A stretch of DNA of 64,000 nt from a virus. Shown piece after piece: positions 10,163 to 20,363 of the stretch. Numbering within the stretch: the first letter of the stretch is position 1; each line of letters begins with the position of its first letter. The stretch lies in the IMG/VR virus record IMGVR_UViG_3300044613_001897. The stretch is one strand, 5' to 3'. The notes beneath the pieces were generated by a model that saw nothing but the letters and a program-made list of their open reading frames with translations, was not told the origin of the DNA and did no database searches. The translations under genes were made by a program, and so were the position numbers.

Positions 10163-10825
10163 ATGTCAGACGAAATACCTTATCTACCGTATAACCAATT
10201 TGTATCTAATGAAGAATTAGAAGCGATTCTATCTAAACCAGTACTTAAAGATTGGGTTAGTGAAATTAAAGTAGATGATATTAATAGAAAATTTGGTATT
10301 GTATTAGTACATATACTAGAAGCTTGGACTGTAGAATCAACAGAAGAATTGATACGAGCTATACGATTATTCTTACCAGTTATTAATAAAATGATAAGTA
10401 AGTATCCAAATATATTTGTATTAGATACAACAAAATACTCATCAGTATTCAGAGGCACAAATCTAGACTCAGATAAATTAGAAGAATTTATTAAATTAAC
10501 TGATATTGAGAAATGGAAACCTGTTAAGTTAAAAAACGATGTGACCATTATGGTATACTTTCCTAAAAAGTTTACATACAAACCACATAGATCAATGCAA
10601 AGTTGGAGCGTTAATCATAAGCGAGCAGCTGAATTTGGTGAAGCTATATTAATAGGAAGATCAAAAGATTCTAAATTTTTAATGAGTCCAGATTATTTTC
10701 ATAATATATCTAGACAAACCGATAATGAATTTGAAACTATACATATAGGTACTAAATATAAAGTATGGCTAGGTATAGAAATTCAATGGTTTAGCGATAT
10801 TGTACGGAGATTAAAAAGTAAATGA
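10163..10825 (+). CDS. Putative ADP-ribosyltransferase-fold protein (R-S-E type)
   Basis: VFRGT, QSWS and NEFE motifs in the expected order; TATTTATA at 10151. Confidence 0.45.
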   Translation: MSDEIPYLPYNQFVSNEELEAILSKPVLKDWVSEIKVDDINRKFGIVLVHILEAWTVESTEELIRAIRLFLPVINKMISKYPNIFVLDTTKYSSVFRGTNLDSDKLEEFIKLTDIEKWKPVKLKNDVTIMVYFPKKFTYKPHRSMQSWSVNHKRAAEFGEAILIGRSKDSKFLMSPDYFHNISRQTDNEFETIHIGTKYKVWLGIEIQWFSDIVRRLKSK

Positions 10826-10849
10826 TATTTATATAAAACAAACAGTATA

Positions 10850-11137
10850 ATGAAAAAATCAGAACTAAGACAAATCATTAAAGAGGAAATCTCTAAAGCA
10901 TTAAGCGAAGCCCAAAAATATGATATCCTTGCAGTGCTAAAATCTATTAGAGAATTTAATAGAGGAAATATTGATGTAGAAGAGTTAGTACTTTCTTCAG
11001 TTAAAAATCTAGGATATAAACCAACCCCAGAAAATTTAGATAGTGCAGAAGATCATTTCATAGCATCAATGGATAGTAATAACAAATTACCTGAAGATAA
11101 AGTTTTAGTTAAAGAATTATACCAAATATTAAAATAG
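10850..11137 (+). CDS. Leader-family protein (putative head internal protein)
   Basis: MKKSELRQIIKEEISKALSE leader; TATTTATA at 10826. Confidence 0.65.
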   Translation: MKKSELRQIIKEEISKALSEAQKYDILAVLKSIREFNRGNIDVEELVLSSVKNLGYKPTPENLDSAEDHFIASMDSNNKLPEDKVLVKELYQILK

Positions 11138-11142
11138 ACCAA

Positions 11143-11427
11143 ATGAAAAAATCAGAACTAAGACAAATCATTAAAGAAGAGGTACAAAAGGTAGTAGCTT
11201 ATAAAACATTGACAGAAGCAATTATCAATTCTAAAGCATTTACCAAACTATTCATACAGAATGTGAAAAATGGTTTAGTTGATAAGCCGGTAACATTTAA
11301 AGATTTGAAAGATTCTTTAGATTATGTCACTAACATTAGTGGAATACCTGATATTAAAAAGACTCATAAAAAAGAATACGAAGAAATTATTGGCCATTTA
11401 GCAGCTCATTACGATTTAAAAAAGTAA
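11143..11427 (+). CDS. Leader-family protein (putative head internal protein)
   Basis: MKKSELRQIIKEEVQKVVAYKTLTE leader; first 35 nt identical to the 10850 gene. Confidence 0.65.
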   Translation: MKKSELRQIIKEEVQKVVAYKTLTEAIINSKAFTKLFIQNVKNGLVDKPVTFKDLKDSLDYVTNISGIPDIKKTHKKEYEEIIGHLAAHYDLKK

Positions 11428-11428
11428 A

Positions 11429-12562
11429 ATGATTAAACTAGCATCATTACTTAAAGAAGAACCTTTAGTACCGGTTAGCACGGAACATATTCCGGAACAA
11501 GACAATACATATATGTTCTTTCAGAATTTGCAAACTATTTGTAATGCAACCAAAGAACTTTTAGAAATGAATCCAGAGCAAATATCTAAACTATTAGCTG
11601 ATGGGCATGGCTGGGCATTAGATCATATAGCAACCTCAACAGATGATATATCTGAGGTATATCAATTTGTAAAGAATAGTTTAACAGAGAATCATTTACA
11701 AGAAGCTGATCAAGTTGGTGCACCTACTACAAAATTAACTGCTGTAAAAGCAGGAGGCATCGTAGTACCTATGGCAGGCCCGCACAAGGGAATCAAGCAT
11801 CTAGTTACTTATTCTAAGGGCAATAGACTAAACATTAAGCCGATGGGTCTAAAACCCGGGCAAAATAAGTATGCAGCAGGAACTACTGCAGTCAATATTA
11901 ATCAAGTAAAGATACTTAAAGAAGATTTAGGTAAATATGATTTAGATTATCAAGATAAAAAGATACTACCACAAATAGTGTCTGCTCTTGAAAAAATCCA
12001 CAAACTCAGAAACAAAATAAAAATTAGAACCGAGTGGGTAAATGGTTACTGGAATATAGTATTTAACGATATAGATTATATTTCTAAGAATGCTATAGAT
12101 GAATTTAAGTCTATTAGAAACCAAAATACATTTTTTGCTACATCATCTTTAATAGTTCCTTATATGGAAACTGGAAAGACAGTAAATATACATTTCACGA
12201 AGAAAGCTCAAGATTTTTTGGATATAGAAAACTTTGATAAGAATACTTGGTCACCAATAAAAAATACTAGTAATCTAAAAGAAGATTTAGGTGCATTTAG
12301 AAGATTGGTTATTACATCTAGTAAATCAGATTTACTTAAAAAGGAACTAGAAGACTTCATGAAACGACCGAATATAAAGTCAGACTATGCAGGCATGAAG
12401 TTTAATATGAAACCTGGAGCTAAACCTGATGTGATAGTTGTAGACATTGAAGGGCAAAGTGGTACTGCATTAGCAAACAAATTATCAGATATTGCTAAAA
12501 AGTTTGATAAAGGTGCTCAGATAAAAGTTAGAAAAGAACTTAAACTAAAACCTACAAAATAA
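11429..12562 (+). CDS. Multi-segment leader-family protein (possible processed polyprotein)
   Basis: MIKLASLLKE leader; internal LTE/LQE and two LKEDLG motifs. Confidence 0.55.
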   Translation: MIKLASLLKEEPLVPVSTEHIPEQDNTYMFFQNLQTICNATKELLEMNPEQISKLLADGHGWALDHIATSTDDISEVYQFVKNSLTENHLQEADQVGAPTTKLTAVKAGGIVVPMAGPHKGIKHLVTYSKGNRLNIKPMGLKPGQNKYAAGTTAVNINQVKILKEDLGKYDLDYQDKKILPQIVSALEKIHKLRNKIKIRTEWVNGYWNIVFNDIDYISKNAIDEFKSIRNQNTFFATSSLIVPYMETGKTVNIHFTKKAQDFLDIENFDKNTWSPIKNTSNLKEDLGAFRRLVITSSKSDLLKKELEDFMKRPNIKSDYAGMKFNMKPGAKPDVIVVDIEGQSGTALANKLSDIAKKFDKGAQIKVRKELKLKPTK

Positions 12563-12574
12563 TTTGATACCAAA

Positions 12575-12604
12575 ATGTCTCAGATAAAAATATTTGAGGC
12601 ATTT
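12575..12604 (+). terminator. Hairpin/terminator, member of a repeated hairpin family
   Basis: ATGTCTCAGATA-AAAA-TATTTGAGGCAT followed by a short T run. Confidence 0.6.
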
Positions 12605-12652
12605 CTATGAATCATAATTCAAATTACTTATATTTATTTAAAATAACAGATT

Positions 12653-13513
12653 ATGGCACAAGTTACAGACAACTATCCAAACAAACAATCCGTATCCGAC
12701 CAGCAGTTAAAAGAACTAGCATTACAGCAATATAAGCAGGATGAGGTAAAAGCATTTAATTTTCCAACCGAAGTAATAGATTTACCTTCAAAAGGTAAAG
12801 TTTATCCTGAAGATAATCTATTAGCATCGGGCAAAATTGAAATGAAGTATATGACTGCAAAAGAAGAAGATATTCTTACTTCTGCAAATCTAATTAAACA
12901 AGGAGTTGTATTAGATAAATTATTTCAATCATTAATAGTATCACCTATAAAGTATAATGACCTTATTACTGGTGATAAAAATGCAATAATGATTGCTGCT
13001 CGTATATTAGGATATGGTAAAGAATATGAAGTAGAAATCGAATGTCCAGCATGCGGTACTAAAAATAAACTTGTAATAGACTTAAGTACTATTAAGGATA
13101 AAGAGATACCTGAAGACGTTGATATGATAAGTCCAAATAGATTCAGATTCACATTACCAGTATCTAAAAGAGAAGTAATCTTTAAGTTTTTAACACATGG
13201 TGATGAGAAAAAGATTGAATACGAATTGGCGGATATTAAGAAGCGAGCAAAGAAAGATGATGTTAAACCTGAACTATCTACTAGATTAAAACATATTATT
13301 ACTTCTATTGATGGAATAGAAGATCAAAAAGCTATCAATCATTTTGTAGATAACGAATTATTCGCACAAGACTCTAGAGCATTAAGGTCATATGTAAAAG
13401 AGATATCACCAGATACAGATTTAACTTTTGATTTTGTATGTAATGCATGCGGACATGAAAAAGAAAATGTTGATATTCCAATCAATGTAAGCTTTTTTTG
13501 GCCTAGCTCCTGA
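12653..13513 (+). CDS. Baseplate hub/tail assembly chaperone (T4 gp26-like), short form
   Basis: LPSKGKVY, MTAKEEDIL, D..AIMIAARILGYG, CPxC...CxxC, terminal FFWP; lies between tube and tape measure. Confidence 0.8.
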   Translation: MAQVTDNYPNKQSVSDQQLKELALQQYKQDEVKAFNFPTEVIDLPSKGKVYPEDNLLASGKIEMKYMTAKEEDILTSANLIKQGVVLDKLFQSLIVSPIKYNDLITGDKNAIMIAARILGYGKEYEVEIECPACGTKNKLVIDLSTIKDKEIPEDVDMISPNRFRFTLPVSKREVIFKFLTHGDEKKIEYELADIKKRAKKDDVKPELSTRLKHIITSIDGIEDQKAINHFVDNELFAQDSRALRSYVKEISPDTDLTFDFVCNACGHEKENVDIPINVSFFWPSS

Positions 13514-13724
13514 ACATAAACCAATTATCCATTCAGAAATACATGAAATAGTATTTTATGGTAGAGGCGGTTATAATTGGGAAACGGTGTATAACTGGCC
13601 AATATTTCTTAGAAAGTTTTACTTCAGAAAAATTAATGAGAGTTATAAGGCAGAACAAGATGCACAAAAGAAAGCTAATGATAAATCTAAAAAACAGAAA
13701 GTCTCAACACCAAATATAAGATAA
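13491..13724 (+). CDS. Frameshift extension of the tail chaperone (+1/-2 frame; absent from ORF track)
   Basis: Open +1 frame bounded upstream by TAA at 13488, no ATG, entered at the T7 run 13493-13499; FFGLAPEHKPIIHSEIHEIVFYGRGGYNWETVYNWPIFLRKFYF... Confidence 0.75.
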   Translation, partial: AFFGLAPEHKPIIHSEIHEIVFYGRGGYNWETVYNWPIFLRKFYFRKINESYKAEQDAQKKANDKSKKQKVSTPNIR

Positions 13725-13729
13725 AAAGA

Positions 13730-13756
13730 AATGCCTCATTAAAAGTGAGGTATTTT
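13730..13756 (+). terminator. Intrinsic terminator (hairpin family)
   Basis: AATGCCTCATT-AAA-AGTGAGGTATTTT, just after the frameshift-extension stop. Confidence 0.7.
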
Positions 13757-13793
13757 CATTTAGTATTATATTTATATAAAACATACTATATTC

Positions 13794-14204
13794 ATGAAAA
13801 AATCAGAATTGAAACAAATCATTAAGGAGGAATATCAAAAAATGAATAAAAATAATAAGTCTATATTAACTGAAGAAAGCATTATTACAAAAATACTATA
13901 TCTGTTTTTATCTCCGAAAGTTAAAAGAGATATTAAGAAGGTAAAAAATTCACCTGAATGGATTGAGTTGGAAAGGCAGGCAAAATTAGCAGCAAGTGAA
14001 TTAGAAGCTATCAATAAAAGATTGGAACGCGCATATAAAGAAAGTGATAAAAGTATAAAGGATATGCAGAAAGCTGGTATCAAAATTACTTCTGATATGA
14101 GTCCGAAAGAAAAGTTTAAAGCATATAAAGATTGGCAAACAAAAGAACGTGCTAGTGTGGGACTATCAAAACTTAATACAGATTGGGAAAAGTACTTCTC
14201 ATAA
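13794..14204 (+). CDS. Leader-family protein
   Basis: MKKSELKQIIKEE...SILTE leader; TATTTATA at 13769. Confidence 0.65.
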   Translation: MKKSELKQIIKEEYQKMNKNNKSILTEESIITKILYLFLSPKVKRDIKKVKNSPEWIELERQAKLAASELEAINKRLERAYKESDKSIKDMQKAGIKITSDMSPKEKFKAYKDWQTKERASVGLSKLNTDWEKYFS

Positions 14205-14216
14205 TAAATGATATAA

Positions 14217-16634
14217 ATGGCTAAGAAAGCATCAGATAGCGAATTAGAAAGTCAACGTAATATTACGGCTGAACTAGCAAAACAAGCCAAGTTAAAACGT
14301 GAGCTTGCAGGTATTAGTCAGTCTATATTAGATTCAGAGGAGGATATAGTGGATTATGCTAAACGATATCTAGAAAATCTAAACGCCAGTAAGGGTGTGC
14401 AGGTTGATATAGATAAACTTCAATCCGATTATACTACACAGTTACAATTAATGCGCGAATCCTGGGCTGGAATGACGGAAGAACAACGCAAGGTAGCATT
14501 TATGGAGGCAAGATCAATAAAGTTACAAAAAGAAAAGGCTATTAACTTAAAAGAGCACTATGATACGCAGGTAAAAATAAATGATTTATCTGAACAGGCT
14601 ATTAAGCAAATGAAAAAAGAGGCTGAATTAGCTAACAAACGACAAGCATTTGTCGACAAGTACAAAGAATCATTAGCAGATCAATTAGGATTTCTAGACA
14701 GCATAGATGATGCAATAAAAGATATACCAGTAGTTGGTGGTGTGCTATCTAAAGCCTTAGGTTTAGATAATATTAAAGAGGAACTATCTAAAGAAATGCT
14801 CGGAGCATTTAAAACCGGATTACAAGGTGCAGCAGGTTCTGCCGGTGGCCTAATGGCCGGGTTACGAGGAGCAGCAACAGCAGCAAAAGGCGTATTGGTA
14901 TCCATGGGCCCGTTATTACCGATTATGTTAGCCGTCGCAGCAGCAGCAGCATTAATATTTAAAGCTCTTGAAATGGACGAAGAGCTAGTCGATCTTGCTA
15001 AAAATCTAGATGTATCCAAACATACCGCTCATGAAATACATCTATCGGCTATCGATATAGCTTCAGAAATGAATCAGGTTGGTATCAATTCTGAACAAGT
15101 GGTTAAAGTAATGGAAGAAATGAAGACTTCTATGGGATATAACGTTGGATTGATGGCACAACATAATGAAGCAGCAAGGCAATTAGTAGAAACCACAACC
15201 TTATTAGTAGAAAAGCAGGGGCTGTCAACTCAAGAAGCTGTAGATTTAAACAGAGCAGCGATTGCTGTTAATTTACCTATGGAAAATGTTGCGTTGATGG
15301 CAGCTGAAATGGGTGATGAATTGGTATCTGGTAGAGAAATTATGCAAGATTTAGGAAAGGTGTCTAAAGGGGTATTATTAAATTTCTCAAAAAACCCAGC
15401 CGCATTAGTTAAGGCTGTTAAACAAGCTAACCTATTAGGGACTACTTTAGATAAAATAAATTCAGCTGGTGATAATATGCTTGATATTGAGTCTAGCATA
15501 CAAAAGGAGATGGAAGCTCGTGTGATAACTGGTAAGAACTTAAATCTAAATCAAGCAAGATATTATGCTATGACGGGCGATACCGAGAAATTGCAAGAAG
15601 AAATTGCTAAACAAATGGGGACTGCTGCTGATTATGAAGAGATGTCGGTTATACAAAGAAAAGCATTAGCAGAAGCAATGGGCATGACTAAAGATGAAAT
15701 GGATGAAATGATGGTTAAACAAAAGGAATTAGAAACTTTAGGTTATGACCAAGAAAAATTACAAGAAATATTAGGTGGATCAAAAGCAGATCAGGCTAAA
15801 GCATTAGCAGCGTTAGGTAAAACAGAAGCAAAAGACTTGTTAGAAAAGAAAATTTTAGAACAAGATCGTGTAAAAACCACGGCGAAATTGGCAGACGTAA
15901 TGGCTAAATTAGGTGATTTAGCATCAAAATTTCTAGGACCTGTGCTATCTATCGTAGATGGTTTAATATCAGGTATAACATTTTTATTGACGCCATTTCA
16001 AACAATTGCCAGTACTATTAATTCAATATTTACCGGAGCAACATCAATAAAAGATGTATTTAAAGAAATGGGACCAGTAGCATCATTTATTGCTACAGCG
16101 TTAGGCGCTGCTGGTATAGCGGTAGCAACAGTTCTACTTCCAGGATTAATCAGCTCGGCGGCCGCTGCAGTAATGGCGTTGGGGCCAATGATAGCAGCTG
16201 CTATGGCAGCTATGTCAGCAGCAATTGCTGGCACGGTAGGAGTAGGCGCCGTTCCTATTATAGCAGGAATCGCAGCTGTTGCCGGGACAATTGCCGCTGT
16301 AACTTCTATAAGTGACGGAGTAATCAATCCAGACGGTGGGCTAATGGTATCAGGGCCAAAAGGATCAATATCATTAGATCCTAATGATTCTATAGTAGCA
16401 GGTACAAATTTATTTGGTGGTGATACACAAACTAATACAGCAACTAACCAACCAGCTGTTAATGATCCACAAATTGGAGAAATGATATCATTATTAAAAC
16501 AATTAGTAGCTGCCACATCAGGACCGACAGTAATTAAAATAGGAAGTAAAACTATAGAGGAATTAGACTCGCAAATTAGTTTAAGAAAAAACTATAATAT
16601 AGGTCCTGACAGAACATACGGCAATCGTTTATAA
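14217..16634 (+). CDS. Tape measure protein
   Basis: Long alpha-helical A/K/E/M-rich protein with hydrophobic A/G-rich segments; between chaperone and baseplate genes. Confidence 0.8.
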   Translation: MAKKASDSELESQRNITAELAKQAKLKRELAGISQSILDSEEDIVDYAKRYLENLNASKGVQVDIDKLQSDYTTQLQLMRESWAGMTEEQRKVAFMEARSIKLQKEKAINLKEHYDTQVKINDLSEQAIKQMKKEAELANKRQAFVDKYKESLADQLGFLDSIDDAIKDIPVVGGVLSKALGLDNIKEELSKEMLGAFKTGLQGAAGSAGGLMAGLRGAATAAKGVLVSMGPLLPIMLAVAAAAALIFKALEMDEELVDLAKNLDVSKHTAHEIHLSAIDIASEMNQVGINSEQVVKVMEEMKTSMGYNVGLMAQHNEAARQLVETTTLLVEKQGLSTQEAVDLNRAAIAVNLPMENVALMAAEMGDELVSGREIMQDLGKVSKGVLLNFSKNPAALVKAVKQANLLGTTLDKINSAGDNMLDIESSIQKEMEARVITGKNLNLNQARYYAMTGDTEKLQEEIAKQMGTAADYEEMSVIQRKALAEAMGMTKDEMDEMMVKQKELETLGYDQEKLQEILGGSKADQAKALAALGKTEAKDLLEKKILEQDRVKTTAKLADVMAKLGDLASKFLGPVLSIVDGLISGITFLLTPFQTIASTINSIFTGATSIKDVFKEMGPVASFIATALGAAGIAVATVLLPGLISSAAAAVMALGPMIAAAMAAMSAAIAGTVGVGAVPIIAGIAAVAGTIAAVTSISDGVINPDGGLMVSGPKGSISLDPNDSIVAGTNLFGGDTQTNTATNQPAVNDPQIGEMISLLKQLVAATSGPTVIKIGSKTIEELDSQISLRKNYNIGPDRTYGNRL

Positions 16635-16676
16635 TCATATATTTTAGATGTATGATATTTATAGTTATACATTAGA

Positions 16677-19600
16677 ATGGCACTAACAGAATTAAAATCT
16701 ACTTTATCTAATTTCCGTAAACCAATGCCGGAAAATCCTTTAATTAAAAAGGGTGCTGATAAAGTAACTCCTATTAAAGCAACAGATAAAGACTTAACAT
16801 TATCTAAGACTTCTAATTTAGGGGCAAAGGATGTCAATAAGAGCCAGACTAATCTAAGTAATACCAAGTTTAATTCGAACATAAAGACGAGTAAAATGGG
16901 TATATTTGATAGTTTTACTACTCCTGATATTAATAAGAACGTTAGTATAGTAAAAGAAAAAACTAGCAATATACAAGTAGTTAAATCTACACAAGGAATA
17001 AATAACAATACTAGTAACATTAATGTAGTTAAATCTGCACAAGGAGCAAACAACAATACTAGCACTATAAAAACTATATCTGTAAATCAAAACAAACTAT
17101 TACAGATAATGAATAGCGGTTTAGATATAGATAGTATTCCAGTTAAATATACAATACCAAATACATTAACTCAGGATACATCTAACTTTAATTTGGATTA
17201 TACACCTCCAAAATATATTAATACACCTACAGCTTTACGATTCGGAACTGCAGGTACAGGATTATTATTAGGTGCAAGTAACTTAGACATAGATTCAATA
17301 CCAACTAAATATCAAAATACAGTAGGCCCAGGACAGTTTAGTCCATTTAAAGTTGCACAGTCTAACTTAGATGTAAATTCAATACCTAATAAGTATACAA
17401 ATGTTGTAGGATTAGGTAAATTTGATCCATTCAAAACACAGCAATCTAACTTAGATGTAAATTCAATACCTAATAAGTATATTAATATAGTTGGGCTTGG
17501 AAAATTTGATCCATTTAATTCAACACAATCTGGATTCGATATAAACAATATCCCAACTAAATATCAAAATATTGTAGGACTAGGCAAATTTGATCCATTT
17601 AATTCAGCACAATCTAACTTTGATATAAACAATATCCCAACTAAATATCAAAATATAGTTGGATTAGGACAGTTTGATCCGTTTAAAATAGCTCAATCAC
17701 AATTAGATGTAAATTCTATACCAGCTAAATATCAAAATATAGTTGGATTAGGTAAGTTTACACCATTTAATCCAGTACAATCACAATTAGATGTTAATGG
17801 AATACCTAACAAATATTCTAACATTATAGGCAATGGGCAGTTTAATGATGATAATACAATTATTGGAAATCGTTGGAGAGGTAATATACCACCAGCAGTA
17901 AACTTTTTTGCTCCTGATACAAATAACGGAGCTAAAGGGTTTACTACTAATATGACCAACACTCAGTTTAACTTTATAAATGGTAATCAATATGCATTTA
18001 CTAATACTATAGAAAGACCATTAAGTAATGGAGTAGCAAAATTAGATTCACAATTAGGATTAGGTTCTAGATTTAACTATACAGATGGCGGCGCACCAAA
18101 ATCAAAAGTATTTAGTGTAGCCGGTTATAGCAGTGTTAGAAAATATGGTGACATAGTAAAAAGTAATAAACAAAGTCCTGACGATAGTTTGTTATACAAA
18201 GTATCTACAGAAGCCAACTCACCATCAGCATTAGATTTACAGTATGCTAAATTTAACTTACAAGATGATAGTTATAATCCATTTTATATAAATCAACCCT
18301 TTATATTAAGAGGTATTCAAAGAAAGGGTAATAAGTCCCCACAACGATGGGGTGGCTCTTCATTAGCTGATGACGGGTTTATACGGGGAGGTATCGCTGC
18401 TGCTGTTGAAAGATCTGCTTTTGATGTAGCAAGATTAGCACAATGGGCTGTAACACCTAAAGGTTTATTATGGGTTACTAAACAAGTAGGTTTAGGGCTG
18501 TCAAATCCTAGAGTAGAAACAATAGTACCTACACCGTTAGGACAAACAAGAATACATTCAGGTATAGCAAGCTTGCTTTCAGTACCTACTACAGCATTTG
18601 GGGTACATTTCACAAAACATGGTATGCCGTTTCTAAACGAAGTAGCAAGTTATGGTAATGTACAAGAAGCTAAAGAAATAGAATATAAAATAGGTAATAA
18701 ATTAACTAATAGATTAATACAGTTAAGACAAGAGATTATACGCACACCGTTAATAAATAAAACTAATGGATTACCTATAGCTTCATTGTCATACTTTGGA
18801 GGTCCTAACTCAGCATATGGTATAGGATTTACTACTATTAAACGAGCAGTTAATTCTAATTCAAATGTATTAGTATCAACAGGAGGTACTAACAAATATG
18901 ATTACTTTACTAATCCATATACGTTATTTTCAAATAAAAAACAGACAGCTGTTAGCCCATTAGCACTTGATGCTGAAATAAGTTCTAATTATCGTAGTCA
19001 ATTGTTAAATGCTGCAGAACAGAAAAGAAATCCGGCAAGCGAATCTAATCTAACAGATCCTAGTTTTTCTAATCCGTTTAAACGTACGCCTGATGTTGAT
19101 AGTGATACAAATAATTTTATACCAATTTACTCAATAAAAAGTCAGTATGCATCGGTATTATCTAAAGCTCGTATTAATACTACAAATGATGATGATAATA
19201 AAAACATTACCAATAATGTTGATGAACAATCATCAGCAAATACCGGAGAACGTAGTAGTCTAAAAACTAGAACAATAAATAATAGTGATTCATCAACTGA
19301 TATTAGAGAAGCATCTGAAGTTGCTAAGCCGAACCCATTTAGTCGAAAGCCTGATATTGATAGAGATGCTCCTAATACTCCTACTATAGAACGATTGTAT
19401 ATAGACGGTACTAATATTCGAAACTATTCTACTATAGCATATAATCAAATACCAAAAAATCCGGGACCATATCCTGGAATTAATGATTTTAGGTCAACAA
19501 TAGAAGAGAATTGGGTAGGTGATTCTAAAAAAGCAGACTATGCTAATAAAAATTTAGAAAAGAATGGGTGGGGGACTCAAGGTGCTGTAGGAGCTGATAG

Positions 19601-20360
19601 AAGTGACTATACTAAAGCTTCTGGTAGAGGTGATAAAGTAAATTTAATAGGTTATCGGAAAAACAAATTATCTGCAGAATTGGCTAAAGGTGATTATAGC
19701 GAAATAACACCTAACACTAAAGACTTTATAGCATTTTATTTTTCAGGACCAAAACACCATGCAGACGTTTCAGACGATGTTATAATATTTAGAGCAAACA
19801 TACAAGGATTTTCAGATGCATTTTCACCAGAGTGGAGTACTATTAACATAATGGGCAGAGCTGATAAAGCATACATTTATACAGGATTCGAAAGAAGTAT
19901 ATCATTTACTTTTATGGTAGCAGCTACTAGTAGAGACGAAATGAAACCTATGTGGCAAAAGATTAATTTTCTATCTACATATACAATGCCTGATTATAAT
20001 CCGAACGGTAGAATGGTAGGGCCATTTATGCGTATAACAATAGGAAATTTATTTCAAAACACACCAATATTTTTAGAGTCATTAAATATAGCAATTCCGG
20101 ATGATGCTACTTGGGAAACTAATTTAGATGGAGATCCAAATATGAAGCAATTACCTACAATGGCAGAAATATCAGTAACAGCAAAAGTACTTGCTGATTA
20201 CAGACCACAAAAAATGGGTAGAGCATATTCATTATCAACTTTTGGAAAAGAAGGTAGCGGTACAAATAATTGGTTAAGTGTGGATGGAGCAAGAGCTGAA
20301 GGCCAGGATATTGAATATGATGATAAAGGTGATAATAAGAACGCATCAACAAATACGTAA
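16677..20360 (+). CDS. Large baseplate/tail-tube-initiator-like protein with internal tandem repeats
   Basis: C-terminal FRANI..FSDAFSPEW....MGRA..Y.Y.GFERSISFTF tube-initiator-type domain; follows tape measure; TATTTATA at 16656. Confidence 0.6.
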   Translation: MALTELKSTLSNFRKPMPENPLIKKGADKVTPIKATDKDLTLSKTSNLGAKDVNKSQTNLSNTKFNSNIKTSKMGIFDSFTTPDINKNVSIVKEKTSNIQVVKSTQGINNNTSNINVVKSAQGANNNTSTIKTISVNQNKLLQIMNSGLDIDSIPVKYTIPNTLTQDTSNFNLDYTPPKYINTPTALRFGTAGTGLLLGASNLDIDSIPTKYQNTVGPGQFSPFKVAQSNLDVNSIPNKYTNVVGLGKFDPFKTQQSNLDVNSIPNKYINIVGLGKFDPFNSTQSGFDINNIPTKYQNIVGLGKFDPFNSAQSNFDINNIPTKYQNIVGLGQFDPFKIAQSQLDVNSIPAKYQNIVGLGKFTPFNPVQSQLDVNGIPNKYSNIIGNGQFNDDNTIIGNRWRGNIPPAVNFFAPDTNNGAKGFTTNMTNTQFNFINGNQYAFTNTIERPLSNGVAKLDSQLGLGSRFNYTDGGAPKSKVFSVAGYSSVRKYGDIVKSNKQSPDDSLLYKVSTEANSPSALDLQYAKFNLQDDSYNPFYINQPFILRGIQRKGNKSPQRWGGSSLADDGFIRGGIAAAVERSAFDVARLAQWAVTPKGLLWVTKQVGLGLSNPRVETIVPTPLGQTRIHSGIASLLSVPTTAFGVHFTKHGMPFLNEVASYGNVQEAKEIEYKIGNKLTNRLIQLRQEIIRTPLINKTNGLPIASLSYFGGPNSAYGIGFTTIKRAVNSNSNVLVSTGGTNKYDYFTNPYTLFSNKKQTAVSPLALDAEISSNYRSQLLNAAEQKRNPASESNLTDPSFSNPFKRTPDVDSDTNNFIPIYSIKSQYASVLSKARINTTNDDDNKNITNNVDEQSSANTGERSSLKTRTINNSDSSTDIREASEVAKPNPFSRKPDIDRDAPNTPTIERLYIDGTNIRNYSTIAYNQIPKNPGPYPGINDFRSTIEENWVGDSKKADYANKNLEKNGWGTQGAVGADRSDYTKASGRGDKVNLIGYRKNKLSAELAKGDYSEITPNTKDFIAFYFSGPKHHADVSDDVIIFRANIQGFSDAFSPEWSTINIMGRADKAYIYTGFERSISFTFMVAATSRDEMKPMWQKINFLSTYTMPDYNPNGRMVGPFMRITIGNLFQNTPIFLESLNIAIPDDATWETNLDGDPNMKQLPTMAEISVTAKVLADYRPQKMGRAYSLSTFGKEGSGTNNWLSVDGARAEGQDIEYDDKGDNKNASTNT
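17277..17846 (+). repeat. Coding tandem repeat, about 7 x 84 bp (28 aa)
   Basis: Units start at 17277, 17361, 17445, 17529, 17613, 17697, 17781; consensus SNLDVNSIPxKYQNIVGLGKFDPFxxxQ. Confidence 0.9.
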
Positions 20361-20363
20361 AAC

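Noticed and set aside
17277-17846. CRISPR array
   Set aside because: Degenerate in-frame 84-bp coding repeats without unique spacers; the Cas4-like nuclease at 53707 has no cas neighbours
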